NCBI RefSeq assembly: GCF_018350175.1 | Contig: NC_058368.1 | Coordinates: 59,770,001-59,834,000 of the forward strand | Reading direction: 5' to 3' | Source: Felis catus | Lineage: Eukaryota | DNA: 64,000 bases | Shown: positions 37,256-50,219 of the stretch, in pieces | How positions within the stretch are numbered: position 1 is the stretch's first letter | How the letters are laid out: each line of letters opens with the position of its first letter | Notes under the pieces: generated by a model | The model's database searches: none | Told to the model about the DNA's origin: nothing | The model's input: the letters and a program-made list of their open reading frames with translations, nothing else | Translations under genes and position numbers: made by a program

Positions 37256-40107
37256 TCAGTTTAATTTAAAACCTTTAAAATCCTTCACAATGACATACTA
37301 AATTCCTGACTCTGAAATCTAACCACACTAAGTATTCAAATATCCCTTAGTACCTGTATAAGTATAGGCATGTTGCGAAGACTAGGGAAGCTGTGATATT
37401 AGTGGGAGATACAGTAAACAATTTAGGTTAAAACACCCAGTGACTCAGCTTTAGGACAGTCTTGCTCTTTATCCTATTGTTATTTTCCATTTGCTTCACC
37501 TATGATCAATTCCACCCCTGTGTCCTATTTCCAATATAAATATTAAGTTCCTTACTAACTTGCCAAAAGGATCTAGTTTTCCTTGAACTTTAGGTCTTTC
37601 TCTATTTTTCTAATGCCCTTTTGACTCTCCTGTAAGGTTGAGACTGTATTTACTACTCAATAATTGACAGATTCTTTTCCATCAATTCCCAGTTGCACAA
37701 TATTGACCACCATTGAGCCAGCAACTCAACACATTAGCATATCAGAATTCCTTAAATGTCCCTCCTACAACCTTGCACTGATTCCCAACTGCTCTCTTTA
37801 CAAAACCCCAGAATTCCATTTATGTAATGATATATTTACACAATACCTCTACTATAAAGTTATTTTGTATTATTCCTCAAATCAAGTCCATGGAAGTAAG
37901 GTCAGATGACTTCCTGAATATCAGTTTGTTTTGAGAAGTAGACTTTATTGGAAAAACTCTTGGGTCAAGGGTAATAGAAGGCAGAGGTCTTCCAATCCAT
38001 TTTTCATCCCAAAGAGGCATCCATTCAATGGAAAAGAATCTCTCTCCATACCAGTGTTCTCCCTTCTTACAGGGTAGGCAAGAGAGCCCTCTTGTCTATT
38101 ATAACATTATGATTCTTGGGCACTAAGTGTTTAGGTATTTCTTCTAGGAGTTGTTAAGACAAAAATTCCAGATGCCCAGAACTTAGAGAATTTGAGGGGC
38201 AGGGGAAGTGGCAACCATTCTTGTCACAGAATAGAAAGCCATTAATACCATTAGAAGTGAAAGAATGTGCCTGACCTCCCTTTCTTAACCCGTCTTAGTT
38301 AGCTCACTCTACAAGTAAACCAGAATGGTCTACTATTGTCATTTAACACCATTCAATAATCATGGGTTTACTTTTTTTTTTTTTTAATCTTTGTTTTGAT
38401 GGGGCTAATTATGTTTTCACAAACTACAGTCTTCAGCAATTAGTTTCAACCACAAATTCTATCTTATATGTAAGGAGAATTGAGACAAGAAATTTTACTA
38501 AGTCACGGTGTTTGTGATGAAATGACTTTTTCGTTATACTATTTTATAACTATAAATTAAATAAATATATAGCCACTATGTTTTTCAAGTATATATTCAA
38601 TATACACAAAACCTTTACAATGTGCCAATTAAAACCACCTTGTTCTTAACCCTTTTGGAAATAGACAAATAGTTGAATAAACAAAAGACTAAGACAAATA
38701 TGTGATCTCTACACTGAATTTACACATTATAAGGCAGATTTCAGATCACTTGATATTTTAAAATTTTTATTTAATTAATTTTTTAATAAAGTGAACAAAT
38801 TGGACTTTATGTTCTCACAATCACTGAAAACATTACAATTGTATGCCCCTGAGTTGATCTGTTAATGTAAACACCTAAATTTGCTATATGCCAGTTATTA
38901 ACTGGTATTTTTTTTACCATATCTTTGGATGTTTTGCCATACCTTTGTAACAGATTTCTCCAACTTCCATAAGAGGGGGCTTTTCTGGGTATGTATCTGT
39001 ACACAATATAAAAGCTCTACCTTATTGGGCATTCTGGTTTTCAGTTACAATTCTTTCTAAATTGGTTTATTTTGCCAGTAGCTGTTTGCTTATCCTGAAA
39101 CACTTTGAGTGTCTTTTTCTTATTCAAATCTGTATTGAGATCAATAATAGCTGACTGTTGTACTCTTCCTTAATATTTCACATTATTGAACCAGTTAATG
39201 TCACCCATTTTCCTATTCTTCTTGAGGTACAAAGCTCTAGGGAGCTTCCTGTTTTCCTAGTTTATCAATATAAATGTACCCATTTCCTTAGGGGGAAATG
39301 TGGAAAATTAATATTCTAATGAGGATTTTTCACCATAAATTATTTTAGTGTCAATATATCCTGGATGAAATAAACTATCCTAAGTATTTAAAATAATGTG
39401 TATTTAATGTAGATAATTGGTTTCCTAAGGATGGAAGTGATATTGCTGGAGCTCAGAGGAACAGATCCAACAGGCAAATGCTGTAATTACGAAGATCTGG
39501 TTGGAGATCTGTTAGTAACAGAAAAGAGACAGTGATGACAAGAATCTGCTAGATACAAAGAAGAGAAAGTAACAAGCTTCTCTGATCCTTTCAATGTTGT
39601 AACGTCATACCAGCACTTCACATTGAACAAACCCAGGCAGAAATGAGTCGGCATGGGCTACCAGGAAACACACTGGGAAACATAGCTTGTGAGAGTCATC
39701 CCCACTGTGATGTTAAGCAGAACACACAATACATCATAGGAAGTGTCTGACAGCAAAAAGTTCACATCTGCCACACAGAGTATGTATAATGCCACACTCC
39801 CATAAACATTAGTAGATAATATCAATGACAATAATTATGCAATAAGAAACAATAGTTGGTAGTCCCAAGATTAATTTCAGGATTTTAAAAGTTATTTTTC
39901 TCTTATTTTGATCTTAAACAATTATATATAACATTATTATTATTTATGGATAAAACATCACCTAATGAAAACACTCAAATAATATAATAATATAGTTACG
40001 AGGTATTTGGAGGAGATAGAAAAATGTTAGTTAAATCTTCACGTGTAATTGTGGAGCATCAGTAGATATTGCATAGATTTGCCAAATCAATAGCTGATGG
40101 TAGTGGC

Positions 40108-40234
40108 TATATCTATCTATCTATATTTATACATTATCTATATATCGATGTATATAGATTGCCATTATATATATATATATACATATATACATATATATAG
40201 ATAGACATTATATATATATATACATACATATGTG

Positions 40235-40267
<33 letters not shown>

Positions 40268-40327
40268 ATATATATCTATATATAGATATATATATATATA
40301 TATAGATATATATATAGATTACCATTA
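40108..40327. repeat. Long compound (TA)n-rich microsatellite
   Basis: Directly visible; TATATAGATT(G/A)CCATTA recurs at 40151 and 40311. Confidence 0.95.
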
Positions 40328-40831
40328 GTGCTAATTTGTGTGGAAGGCTGATCACATGTAAATTTTTCACCAGGAAAAATGGCATAAAATTTTAAAATTA
40401 ATGGTTAAAAAATACATAGTAAGGTATAATGAAAATATAATATTCAGCTGGAAAAAGAGAAATTCCATGGTGACAAGTATCAAGAGAGGACCGCATAGAG
40501 CTTTGAAGTGCAGGGGTCTAACAGTTCCAAGCTTTTATGGCCCTTCTTACGTAATCTAAGATTATGCACTTTAAAATAGCTTTTCTATTTCTGAGAATAA
40601 TTTTTTTTAATTAGACTTGAAAATGCATTGGATTTATCAGGTGAATTAAGGCAAGTTAACATTTGTACACTATTGAGTCTTCCTCCCAAAGAACAGAGCT
40701 GGAGGCCCAGGGAGTTTGAGGCAGTGAGAGTTCACAGGGACAAGCATCAGAGAGGGGAGAGGTGCACAGGCCTAGAGCTGCCCAGATCTGCAGGGGTTCA
40801 TTCTCCTTAAGAGGAAACTGTCCATGGCCAA

Positions 40832-41200
40832 TGTATTAATCTACTAAGGCTGCCATAACAAAATACCCCAGAATGGATGGATTAGACAACATAAATTTAC
40901 TTTATGACAGTTATAGAGGCTGGAAATCCTCTAGTTTTTTTTCTCTGGAGGCCTCTTCCCTTGGTTTGCAGACAGTTTCCTTGCTGTAGTGTCCTCCCAC
41001 GGCCTTCTCTCTGTGCACACTTATTCCTGGCGTCCCTTCCTCTTCTTAGAAGGACACCACCTATATTGGGTTAGAGCTCCACCTTTATGAGTTCATTTAA
41101 CATTAATTACCTATTTAAAAGCTCTGTCTCCAAAAACAGTCACATTGTGGGTTAGGGATTCAATATGTGAATTTTGAGGGACACACTTCAGTCCCTAACA
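40832..41200 (-). mobile_element. MaLR solo LTR (MLT1A-like)
   Basis: TGTATTAATCTACTAAGGCTGCCATAACAAAATAC...ACACTTCAGTCCCTAACA; TG...CA ends. Confidence 0.9.
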
Positions 41201-41641
41201 ACCAGGGAGACTCAAGAGGGACTATGGATCATGCAGGATCAGGAATAGTTCATGTTTCTAAAAGCCAGAGTAGAGACTCTCCTAATTCATAGAGCATCAG
41301 ACAGAATACTCAGAAAGATATTGCCTCATTAGGAAACAAAATGTTCCTAGACAAAGAGGAATTAAAAGTAAGTCTAACATTACCAGATTAAATTTAAATA
41401 ATATAATCTTATCCCAAAACAAAGCTCTGGAGTATTTATAGGATACTATGTGTCTGGTACTCAAAAAGCTAAAATTGAAAATAACTGCCATTCAATAAAC
41501 ACACACACACACACACACGCAAAGAAACAGAAAAATGTGACTCACAATGATGTTTAAAAAAATCAAAGACACAGAAATGACATAAATGATACAATTATTG
41601 GGAAAACAAAATTGAAAAGTGTTATAATTCTGTTCCTTATA

Positions 41642-41877
41642 CAGTAAAACCTTGGATTGCAAGTAACTTGTTCTGCAAGTGTTCTGGAAGACAAGAAAAC
41701 ATTTCTAATAAATTTTAATTGATAAACGAGACTTGTCTGGCAATACCAGTAGTACTTGATGCCAAACGTCATGATCACAACGGCCAGTGGTTCTTGAAAT
41801 TTGCTTTGATGTGCAAGCGCTTTGGATTACAAGCATGTTTCCAGAACGAATTATGCTTGTAAACCAAGGTTTTACAA
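41642..41877. mobile_element. Tc1/mariner-superfamily (pogo/Tigger-type) MITE, 236 bp
   Basis: TA on both sides (41640-41641, 41878-41879); TIR core GTAAAACCTTGG / CCAAGGTTTTAC, imperfect to ~40 bp. Confidence 0.85.
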
Positions 41878-41973
41878 TACACAAAAAGGAAAAGAAATAT
41901 ATTAAATGAGAATACAGAGATTATAATGAAAGAACCATCACATTTCTACGGATGATAAATAGACTGATTGGGG

Positions 41974-42393
41974 TGGTAGTGGGCTAAGTGGTGGCTCTCA
42001 AAATGATATGGCCACATCCTAATCCTGGGAGTGTATTTGTAAAAATAAGGTAATATCAAATCCATGTTTGCAGATATAATCAAGGATCTTGAGATGAGGC
42101 AGTCATCTGTATCATCTAGGTTGTACTAAATCCATGACAAGTGTCCTTTTAAGAGACATGCAGGGGAGAAGGTGCTGAAGAACAAGCCAAAGAATGCCCA
42201 TAGCTGCCAGAAACTGAAAGAGGAAAGGAATAATTAATTCTTCTGTAGAGCCTCGAGGGGCAGTGTGACTCTGCTGACACCTTGATTTTGGATCCCGGCC
42301 AACAGGACTGTGAACTGTGACAGAATAGAAGTCTGCTGTTTTAAACCACTTGGTTTGTGGTAAATCATTACAGCAGCCTATAAAACTAATACA
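41974..42393 (+). mobile_element. MaLR solo LTR (MLT1D-like)
   Basis: GATATGGCCACATCCTAATCC...CTGCTGACACCTTGATTTT...TTACAGCAGCC...AACTAATACA. Confidence 0.9.
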
Positions 42394-42518
42394 GGAGTTA
42401 GTAGATTATATACTGAAGAAAAATAAATCTTAGTGAGAGCAATAGAAATCACCCAAATGAAACAATTACAAAATGGAAAACAAACAAACAAAAAACAAAA
42501 GGAGGGAGCATCAGCGAG

Positions 42519-43033
42519 TGCTGGGTTTGACCAGCAAAACCTGGGGCAGCAGATGACCCATTACTCCAGACTCCTGAATCAGAGAAAGGAGAGAATGAGG
42601 AGGCCAAGCGTTCTAGTCGCAATGGCCCCCAGCAAGGCTTTTCTCCAGTTTTTATTGAGAATATTATCAGTACATTTCAAGCAGTGTACGGGAAAGGAAC
42701 GTGCAGTTTCAAAAGCAGGAACAAAGGTACTCAAATTATTGGGGTAACAGTACAATCAGGGTAGTGACATGAAGGCATACGCACAGAGACAGCGTATACG
42801 TCATAGGAAGGGAGTTGTTGTACTACTTTAGATTAAGCGTTTACAGAGATTAAGCGTTTACAGAATGGGAAAACATGTTGATCCACAGGCAAGGTCAGGC
42901 TGCCTTCACGCTTCATATTTCAAAGGAGACCCGGTTTTCCTGGTCTGCTTTGCTGCTTCTAAACCAGTCGTTTTCCAGGCTGCAAACATTCCTTATTTAA
43001 ATCTTAGCCAGCCAGGCTCTATGAGCTCCCACA
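42519..43033 (-). mobile_element. Solo LTR, 515 bp, probable class II (ERVK/betaretrovirus-like)
   Basis: TG...CA ends; perfect 6-bp TSD AGCGAG at 42513-42518 and 43034-43039; minus-strand AATAAA at 42651-42656. Confidence 0.85.
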
Positions 43034-43549
43034 AGCGAGTTCACAGACAACTCCTGATAAGCTAATATGAGACTTTCTCAGGATACTGCAAAAGTAGTTT
43101 TGCATATCTGGGATTTAGTGATGAAGTCAGAAGTAGTCTCACACATACTTTCTCAGCCCAAGATGCAGTCCTAGAAGGAAAATAACTTTATTTCCGAATT
43201 TAAATTATAAATTATTATAAACAGAATGGGAATATAATCAGTATCCTGATAAAAGAACCCCAAAAATGCAAACCAAAAAAAATTAAGAAAAAATAAAGTA
43301 AAATACAGATCAGTATCCCTATTCAATGTAGATGCAACAATTCTCAACAAAATATGAAGATACTGAGTGCAGACATATATTGTTAAGAATATGTGTGTAT
43401 CATATTTCAGTATATACAAAAAATGCATTCTGTATTGACACATTTTTGTCACATCCAGTATTAAAAAAGTAAAGATGTGTACTTAGGATCCAGAATTTGT
43501 AAAATTATAATTTCAGTACTTCACTGGGGACATTTAATATTGTGTTGAT

Positions 43550-43675
43550 TTTATTTGTGATGTGATGTCAGTATTTTAACCATCATTGCATTCACACCAT
43601 CAGTGTAAATGTCAGCACCATGGAAAAGGCAAATACTGTCCTGGTATTATTATGAAAATTCTTTTGACCTCACAC
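43550..43675. mobile_element. Possible hAT-Charlie fragment
   Basis: GAAAAGGCAAATA...GTATTATTATGAAAA...TTTGACCTCAC resembles a recalled Charlie/MER119-type end. Confidence 0.4.
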
Positions 43676-44273
43676 ATTTTTTATTAAAGATTTGATATTT
43701 CCTTTAGGCAGAAACACTTATCGGAAGCGCAGTAATTTGATCAGACTTGCTTTAGTTTCTTTCCAGTCCCCCGTATTCTGATGAAAACATTTGCATTTTA
43801 AAACAGGAGTTTTAATGTTCCTCTCTTTAAACAATTTTTAAAAATTTAATATATTTGTTTGTCTAGGCAACATTGTATATAAGGGATCCTTATATGTTAA
43901 TGCTTCTATGATGAAAAATTGTGCATTTTTCTTGTTAGATGCATTTAGAAAAGGAATGATTATACTTTTATAAAATATATCGTCGTACAATATAGCAGAA
44001 AAGACCCTTGCAGGAAAACGATAGCAATTAGGCATGATACAAAACAGCTACTTTTGGTAGAAGTGTTCTGAGAACTTGTCAGCCCAGCATGATTATTGCA
44101 GTTCCCCGATGGACTGAAGAGTATCACAGCTCAATTCAAACCCAGCTATGTCAAGCCCTTAAGACTTACTTCTCATTTAACAACTAAAGTTATCTAAATT
44201 GGTCTATTCCCACTTGCTACAACTGATGGTCAGAAAGCGTGTTTTGGCTCTTCCTTTTCCCTTTTAATAGCTG

Positions 44274-44385
44274 CATTCATCAAACATTTATTGCATCTAC
44301 TATTTACTAGGCACTTTGCTAGGCGCTAGGGATGAAGAAATCAAATAAGACTTTGCCCCTGACTGCGAAGAGCTTGTAACCTAAT
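44274..44385 (-). mobile_element. L2 3' end
   Basis: CATTCATCAAACATTTATTG...AGGCACTTTGCTAGGCGCTAGGGAT. Confidence 0.85.
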
Positions 44386-44615
44386 TTACACGTCTGAATA
44401 TGAGTTCTAAGCCCCATAACCTTATGGTTCCTCTCAGGATAAAAAGGGATTGACTACTTTCTGTTCCCTAACTCATCATATGACTGCTTTAGGGAAACAT
44501 GAGGTTAATCTTGGGGTCTAGTAGTCAATAATTAGTCATCACATTTTGCATATTTTCTATGTACCAGACATTATGCTAAGCACTTTACAAAATTGTAATA
44601 GTATTTTATTTTGTA

Positions 44616-44810
44616 GGGGCGGCTGCAAGGCTCAGTCAGTTAAGCGTCCAACGTTTGCTCTTGGCTCAGGTCATGATCTCACAGTTGTGAGCCCCTTGTC
44701 AAGCTCTGCCCTGACAGCTTGGAGCCTGCTGGGGATTCTGTCTCTCCCCCTCTCTGCCCCTCCCCCTCTGTTCATTCTCTCTCTCTCTCATTAAAAAAAT
44801 AAACTTAAAG
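44616..44810 (+). mobile_element. Can-SINE inserted in an antisense MIR (~44545-44960)
   Basis: TSD GTATTTTATTTT(G/A)TA at 44601-44615 and 44811-44825. Confidence 0.93.
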
Positions 44811-47049
44811 GTATTTTATTTTATATTAATAAATAACTTCTGAGAGACATTTGAACCTCTTGGTTTTCAACAGTGGAAACTGAGTCTTAGAGAAGAAAAT
44901 AATTTTCCCACAGTGCCCAACACAGGCACAGCAGGTTCAGTCCAGCTCACTTTCTCTGTGGTGCAGGCTCTCCCTCATTCTGTCTTCCTGCCTGGCTGCA
45001 CAGTTACTCAAATACCAACCCCTGTTGCTGATGAGAGTTAAGCCATCTCTAAAATATTACGAGAAATAGCGAAGATTTATTTTAATCCTTAACTCCATAT
45101 GCACCAGGAATGGGGAAGACGAATAGTCACCAGAAGCAAGTTTGTAATTGTGATTGATGCCAGGCAACTGTCAGGGCTGCTAAAGAGTCTTATTGGAACC
45201 ATGTGGAGGATAGCTGACATTATGCATGTCCTCTACAATCACCGGATTTCATAGGACACCCACATGTGTATGTATTTGGAAATAATCTGAAACTAAAGAT
45301 TACATTGAAACTTGGAAAATCACCATTTCATTCTGGCTTCAATCCATTCTTCAACTGGATCATGAAAAAGATACCAATGATGTGAAATCTTGTGTATTTT
45401 TTCATTGCTTGTTTCTATCTTTTGGAATTTTGTTTGTTTTTCACCTTTTTTTGATCAGAGGGCACTGAAAAAACTATGCTTTGCAGGAGTGAAATTCATT
45501 CCAAAATCTTACAAACTGGTCTCTGGGGACTTTCTGACTAATTCAATCTTCATTCTTTTTAATCAGTTTCAGCTAGTTTATTTTCCTTGCTATTCATAAA
45601 CCAGGTCTTGGTTGTTTTCTTCTGCCTTATTTATACATTTCTGTCTCCCCATATCCTCCCTCCCTGTCTCTCTCTTTTTGCAAAATCTGTGTTCTACAAA
45701 CTATTTAATGTCCAGCCCAAGATAAACCTGACCTCTGATGTCTTTTCTGATTTATCAGGACTCAGACTGAATTCTTCCATAATTTGCATCTATTACCACA
45801 TTCTCAAAACCTTTTCATTGTCTTTGAAGCTTAAAGTTATTTCATATGTGTGTATTTGATCTACCCTAATACATGAATTCTTTTTGATATCTGCTATCTT
45901 AGGCTGCCCTATTCCATCAATGAAAATTCAATAGATTCTTAGGAAGTACCATTTACCAAAATGATTTAAACACAAAACCAAAATAGTTATCCACTTTTAT
46001 CACTATCCAACGTCCCAAATGTTCCGTTTTTTATTGTGTTCTAACTCGATTTAGTAAAATTACAGTTCACTCACCTCACTTTATAGTTTGCAAACTAAAA
46101 AATGTTTGCATATGTTATTTCAGTTGACCTTGACTAAATTTCTGGAAAGTAACACAGGCAGTTGTTGCATTTTTTCAGTTGCATAATCTATGGGATCAAA
46201 GTTTTAAAAAATGTTAATTGACTTCTCCAGAATCATATAGATTTTAGGTTATAAAACTGACACCAGAAATCAAATCTTCCAATGGGAAGCCTGGCCAAAT
46301 GTCTTTGTAATTTTCCTTTTTGTTCCCCACTTCTTAAGGCATATTTCCATATTTTTGTTTACCTGTTACTTAGCTTATAAAATATGAAAAGCATTTAAAC
46401 ATAGCCCTGTCCTACAAAAAGACTTTTGTGAACCAATATCATGAAACTGTATTTTATATATATTACATGCTTGAATCAGTAAAAATCACATCAATAAAGG
46501 AAAATATTGTAGACTACTTCATTACAAGTCAAATGCTCCAAAATCTTGGAAAATAATTCCATTAATATGTCAAACACTTGTCAATCTTTTCATCATTCCA
46601 TTAGTACTGGTCAGGGTAAGCGTAACCCAGCAGCTCAGCTTTTATAGTAAGTCACTGTGTTTTTCTAAATGAGAGTGAGATATGAGAAAACTCTCATCCT
46701 GCAAACTGCCCTTGGATAAGTATGATCAAAAAGAACTGACAACATTTGATCTTATAGCAACACAAATCATTTACAAAACAAACTGTGCTGCACTGACAAG
46801 TACATTTACAGATTCTCACCTTGCTTTTTTTTCATTTGTATTTATGGGCACAACACATGAGATATTCTACATCCACAAATGATATCCTAAAGAGAAATTA
46901 CCTGAGCCCTCCTTTCAAGAAATGTCAATGTGCTGGAAAACTGTAACTTTAGGTTTTATGACAGTCAGTTATCATATAGAATGGTGATTCCTTGCTTTGT
47001 TAAAGCTGATGTATTATATTGGAAAGATATCAACACTTGGAGGCAGGAG

Positions 47050-47830
47050 AAGGGTCTTGCTATTCAGTCACTGAAATATACTTGTGTTCTAAATCTTCTT
47101 GGGAAGATCTAAAAAGGAATAAAAAATCGCTCCCTGTCTCTCAAGGATCTCGGCCTAACAGATGAATATTAATAAGAAATGTAGATACAGAATTATCTAC
47201 ATGTTAGATACAGATTAGGTATTATGGAAGTTCAGATAATGGAGAAATATAGCTCAATATTAGGGAGTGTGGGAAATCTTTATAAATGATAGATAGTTAT
47301 TAGGTGGGTTTAAGTCGTGTATGACTTTAATTTGTGCAGAGAAAAAAAGGAAGTTCTAGATAAAGAAAACTAAATAAGCAGAGGAATAGATATAAGAAAT
47401 TATGGGGAAAAAAAAGAAATTATGGGACATTTTTGGTGGAAAGTATGTAAATCAATTTGACTAGGAGTAAGGTTACTTAAGGAGGAGGCTTAGACTTCAA
47501 TAAGGCCAATTATTTAGGACAGTAAATACAACAAAACACCATGAATGCAGAACTAAAGAATCAGATCTTACTGTAAAAATAAGGGGCCATTGAAGGTTTT
47601 AAACAGAACAGAATTGATCTTATGGAAGTCTTGTCTGGAATTGACATAAACATTTGTTTAAATGAGTTAGAGAATGACAGTAAGAAAATTAGCTTTGAAC
47701 CACTACAAATTCATTAATACAGATTAAAGATAAAGTACTGAAAAGGAAGGACTGCTGAGAATTGGTCTCTGGAATGTTCTGGAAGGAATCTTGACAAGGA
47801 ACGGCAACAGATTGAATAATCACAGTTCTT
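47050..47830 (-). mobile_element. L2 fragment
   Basis: Purine-rich degenerate L2 phrases (CCCTGTCTCTCAAGGATCT; GGGCCATTGAAGGTTTTAAACAG). Confidence 0.7.
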
Positions 47831-47949
47831 ATTTTTTTAAGTTTGCTTCATCAAAAATTTGGTGAAATTCATATGAGAGCACATGAGAAAAAAACAGAAG
47901 GCAAAAGAAAATCACTAATTATTAATAAATATGTTTGCCACTCTTTATT

Positions 47950-48125
47950 TTTATAGGCCAGAAACTGTGTTAAGTATTACACATATATTATTTGGCTTAT
48001 GATTCTGAAATAGTTATGAAATAACTATCATTCATATTTTATAGTGAGGAAACAAGGACTCAAAAAGAATAAATATGTTGTTCATATATCAGAAAGATCC
48101 AAGATTCAATTTTTAGTTCTTCAAT
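47950..48125 (-). mobile_element. MIR SINE
   Basis: ATTTTATAGTGAGGAAACAAGGACTCA core. Confidence 0.65.
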
Positions 48126-50219
48126 CCCAGGAAGACTAGACAATTTTCACTTTGATCCTTGCAAGTTATTCATCTGTTATTACCTTTCCATCCATCTTGT
48201 TAAACACACTGTCCAATCAATGACTACTAATCTGCAACACAAGTTTTGACAACCTTCGTACTGTGATTAACACCAAGTATTTTTATACCTTCCAAGAGTT
48301 TGAACAGTGAACAACTCTCAAAACAAAACTGTACTTGACCTTTCTCAATCTTCCCTATAAAATCTGAAATCTCTTCGTGTCCTCCATGAGCTTTATTTTA
48401 GAGCTATTCTTATGCTGTAACATTTTAATAAAGGCTGATGGCTTTTGCTGGTTTTTCTTTTTTCTTTTTTTCCATGTCTGATTCCATAATAGAGTCTCCT
48501 AAAGGAAAAATACTGAAAATAAACAGTAAACACAGTGAAGGGCAAAAAGGGAACTGGTATAGAAGAGGTATGATGGAGAATCATGCTTGGAAAACTGACA
48601 TAGAGATTTTCTACAAGAGTCTGAAGTTTACCATCCAATATTCAAAATAATGTTAGCAACTTGAGCTTTTATTGGGAAAGGATTAATAAATGAGACTATG
48701 CATTCTACTGGAGTGTGATACAGAAAATAAGAGGTTTCAATAGGCAGGAGCATGATATAGTTGGACATATGGGCACATCATGATCAGAGCTGCTCATTCT
48801 GTTTAGATCAAGAGGGCATAAAATGATCAAGTTCTTATAAATGCTTGACATCTTAATGGTCTTAATGTTTGTTTGTATGCCTGATTTTAACATCTCTTCA
48901 TTTTCTCTACGTTGTTTAAGTCAAACTAACCACTTGCATTTGAACCATAATATTTAATTTTTTGCTTTTTGCTGTATTTTGCATTTCACTCCATGTTCTT
49001 TCTATAACTTTGAACATTACAACAATTGAATGTTCACAATTTGAAATAAATTTTATAATGAATGAGGGCTCAAATTGGAAGATTCCAGAATATTTTATTG
49101 GCAGTAATGTGTTAAAATTTTTCTGCGAGAATATTAAGAAGTCTTATTTTAGCATTAGTATTTGGATTTCATACAATTTATTGAATGTGTAAGTTGGTCA
49201 TCTTTTATAGACATGTGTACTTTGATTCACTTAGCCAATGTAAGTCCAATCATAAATGTAATGTCATTTATAATGTACAATCTAACATTTTCTGCTGGAA
49301 AATGATGGACACAACATCAACGCTTTCATAATAATGAGCTGATAACTTAAGTATAGTTTGGATTATTCAAATAACTTCGTTATTAAATGACACAAGTTAG
49401 AAGTTTACTTTAAATATAATAATAGTTGTTGTTTATCCTTCAGAATTTGTTTATTCAATAGTTACTTTCAGTTTGAGTAATAAAAACTTTATAAGCTGGA
49501 CAAAAACAATAGGAAATTCTATTTAAGTGTTGTTTTTTTCCCTGAAAACCCTGCTCAAAACTTATCAGTAGATAACTTAATCAGATTCTAATCCATTGAA
49601 AACTTCAACCAAATTGAGAAACAAATCCAGGTTCCCTGGATACAGTAAATAAGATACTGTCAGTTAGGTCTCATTAAGTTAAAGGTGTACAGTGAAAATA
49701 ATGTCTTGTCCAAATAGTGAAGCTTCTTCATTAAAATTTTGTTTTTCCAGAAGATCCTTGAAAATTATTTTGATAATAACTGATTGATGGCAATTCTTGT
49801 TCCTCCCCCCGGGAATAATAAAACATCATTTATAATGGATAAATGGATTGGCCTAGTTATTATCAATAGTATATTTTAGGTATTGTAAATAAAATTCAAT
49901 AATACCACAATCTTTATTTTTTTTGAATAAAGGAATAGACAAAGAAGAAAAAAATTCTGATGCTTCAAATTCAGTGATGGCTTTAAATTTAATTCACTGA
50001 TTTATTATTATAATAATCATTGCTACATATTAGTTATGAATCTCTAGGTAAATGTTATTGAAACAAAAATAGTGAAATCATTGTCTTCATGTAGTTGCAA
50101 GTAATAGAGGAATAAAATATTTAACATACACTTAAACCAAAACTTAGTACCCAGTTGTCATGACAAGTCATGACAGGTAAAACTAAACACAAACAAACAA
50201 ACAATAACAACAACAACAA

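Larger units (their letters stand above)
40690..43400 (+). mobile_element. Ancient L1 5' region/ORF1 and ORF2 fragments hosting four later insertions
   Basis: L1-like phrases resume across each insertion (GAGCAATAGAAATCACCCAAATGAAAC; GAGCATCAGCGAG|TTCACAGACAAC; YRSVSLFNVDATILNKI near 43305-43355). Confidence 0.65.

Noticed and set aside
37440..37455. TGACTCAGCTTT shared with 3353-3364
   Set aside because: A 12-bp match 34 kb apart with unrelated flanks is within chance expectation
37880..38330. Possible retroviral internal or other repeat fragment
   Set aside because: Composition is suggestive but I could not recover a protein motif or terminal structure
40151..40327. 17-bp direct repeats around the TA block as a TSD
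   Set aside because: The enclosed sequence is only microsatellite and related motifs recur inside it; slippage explains it
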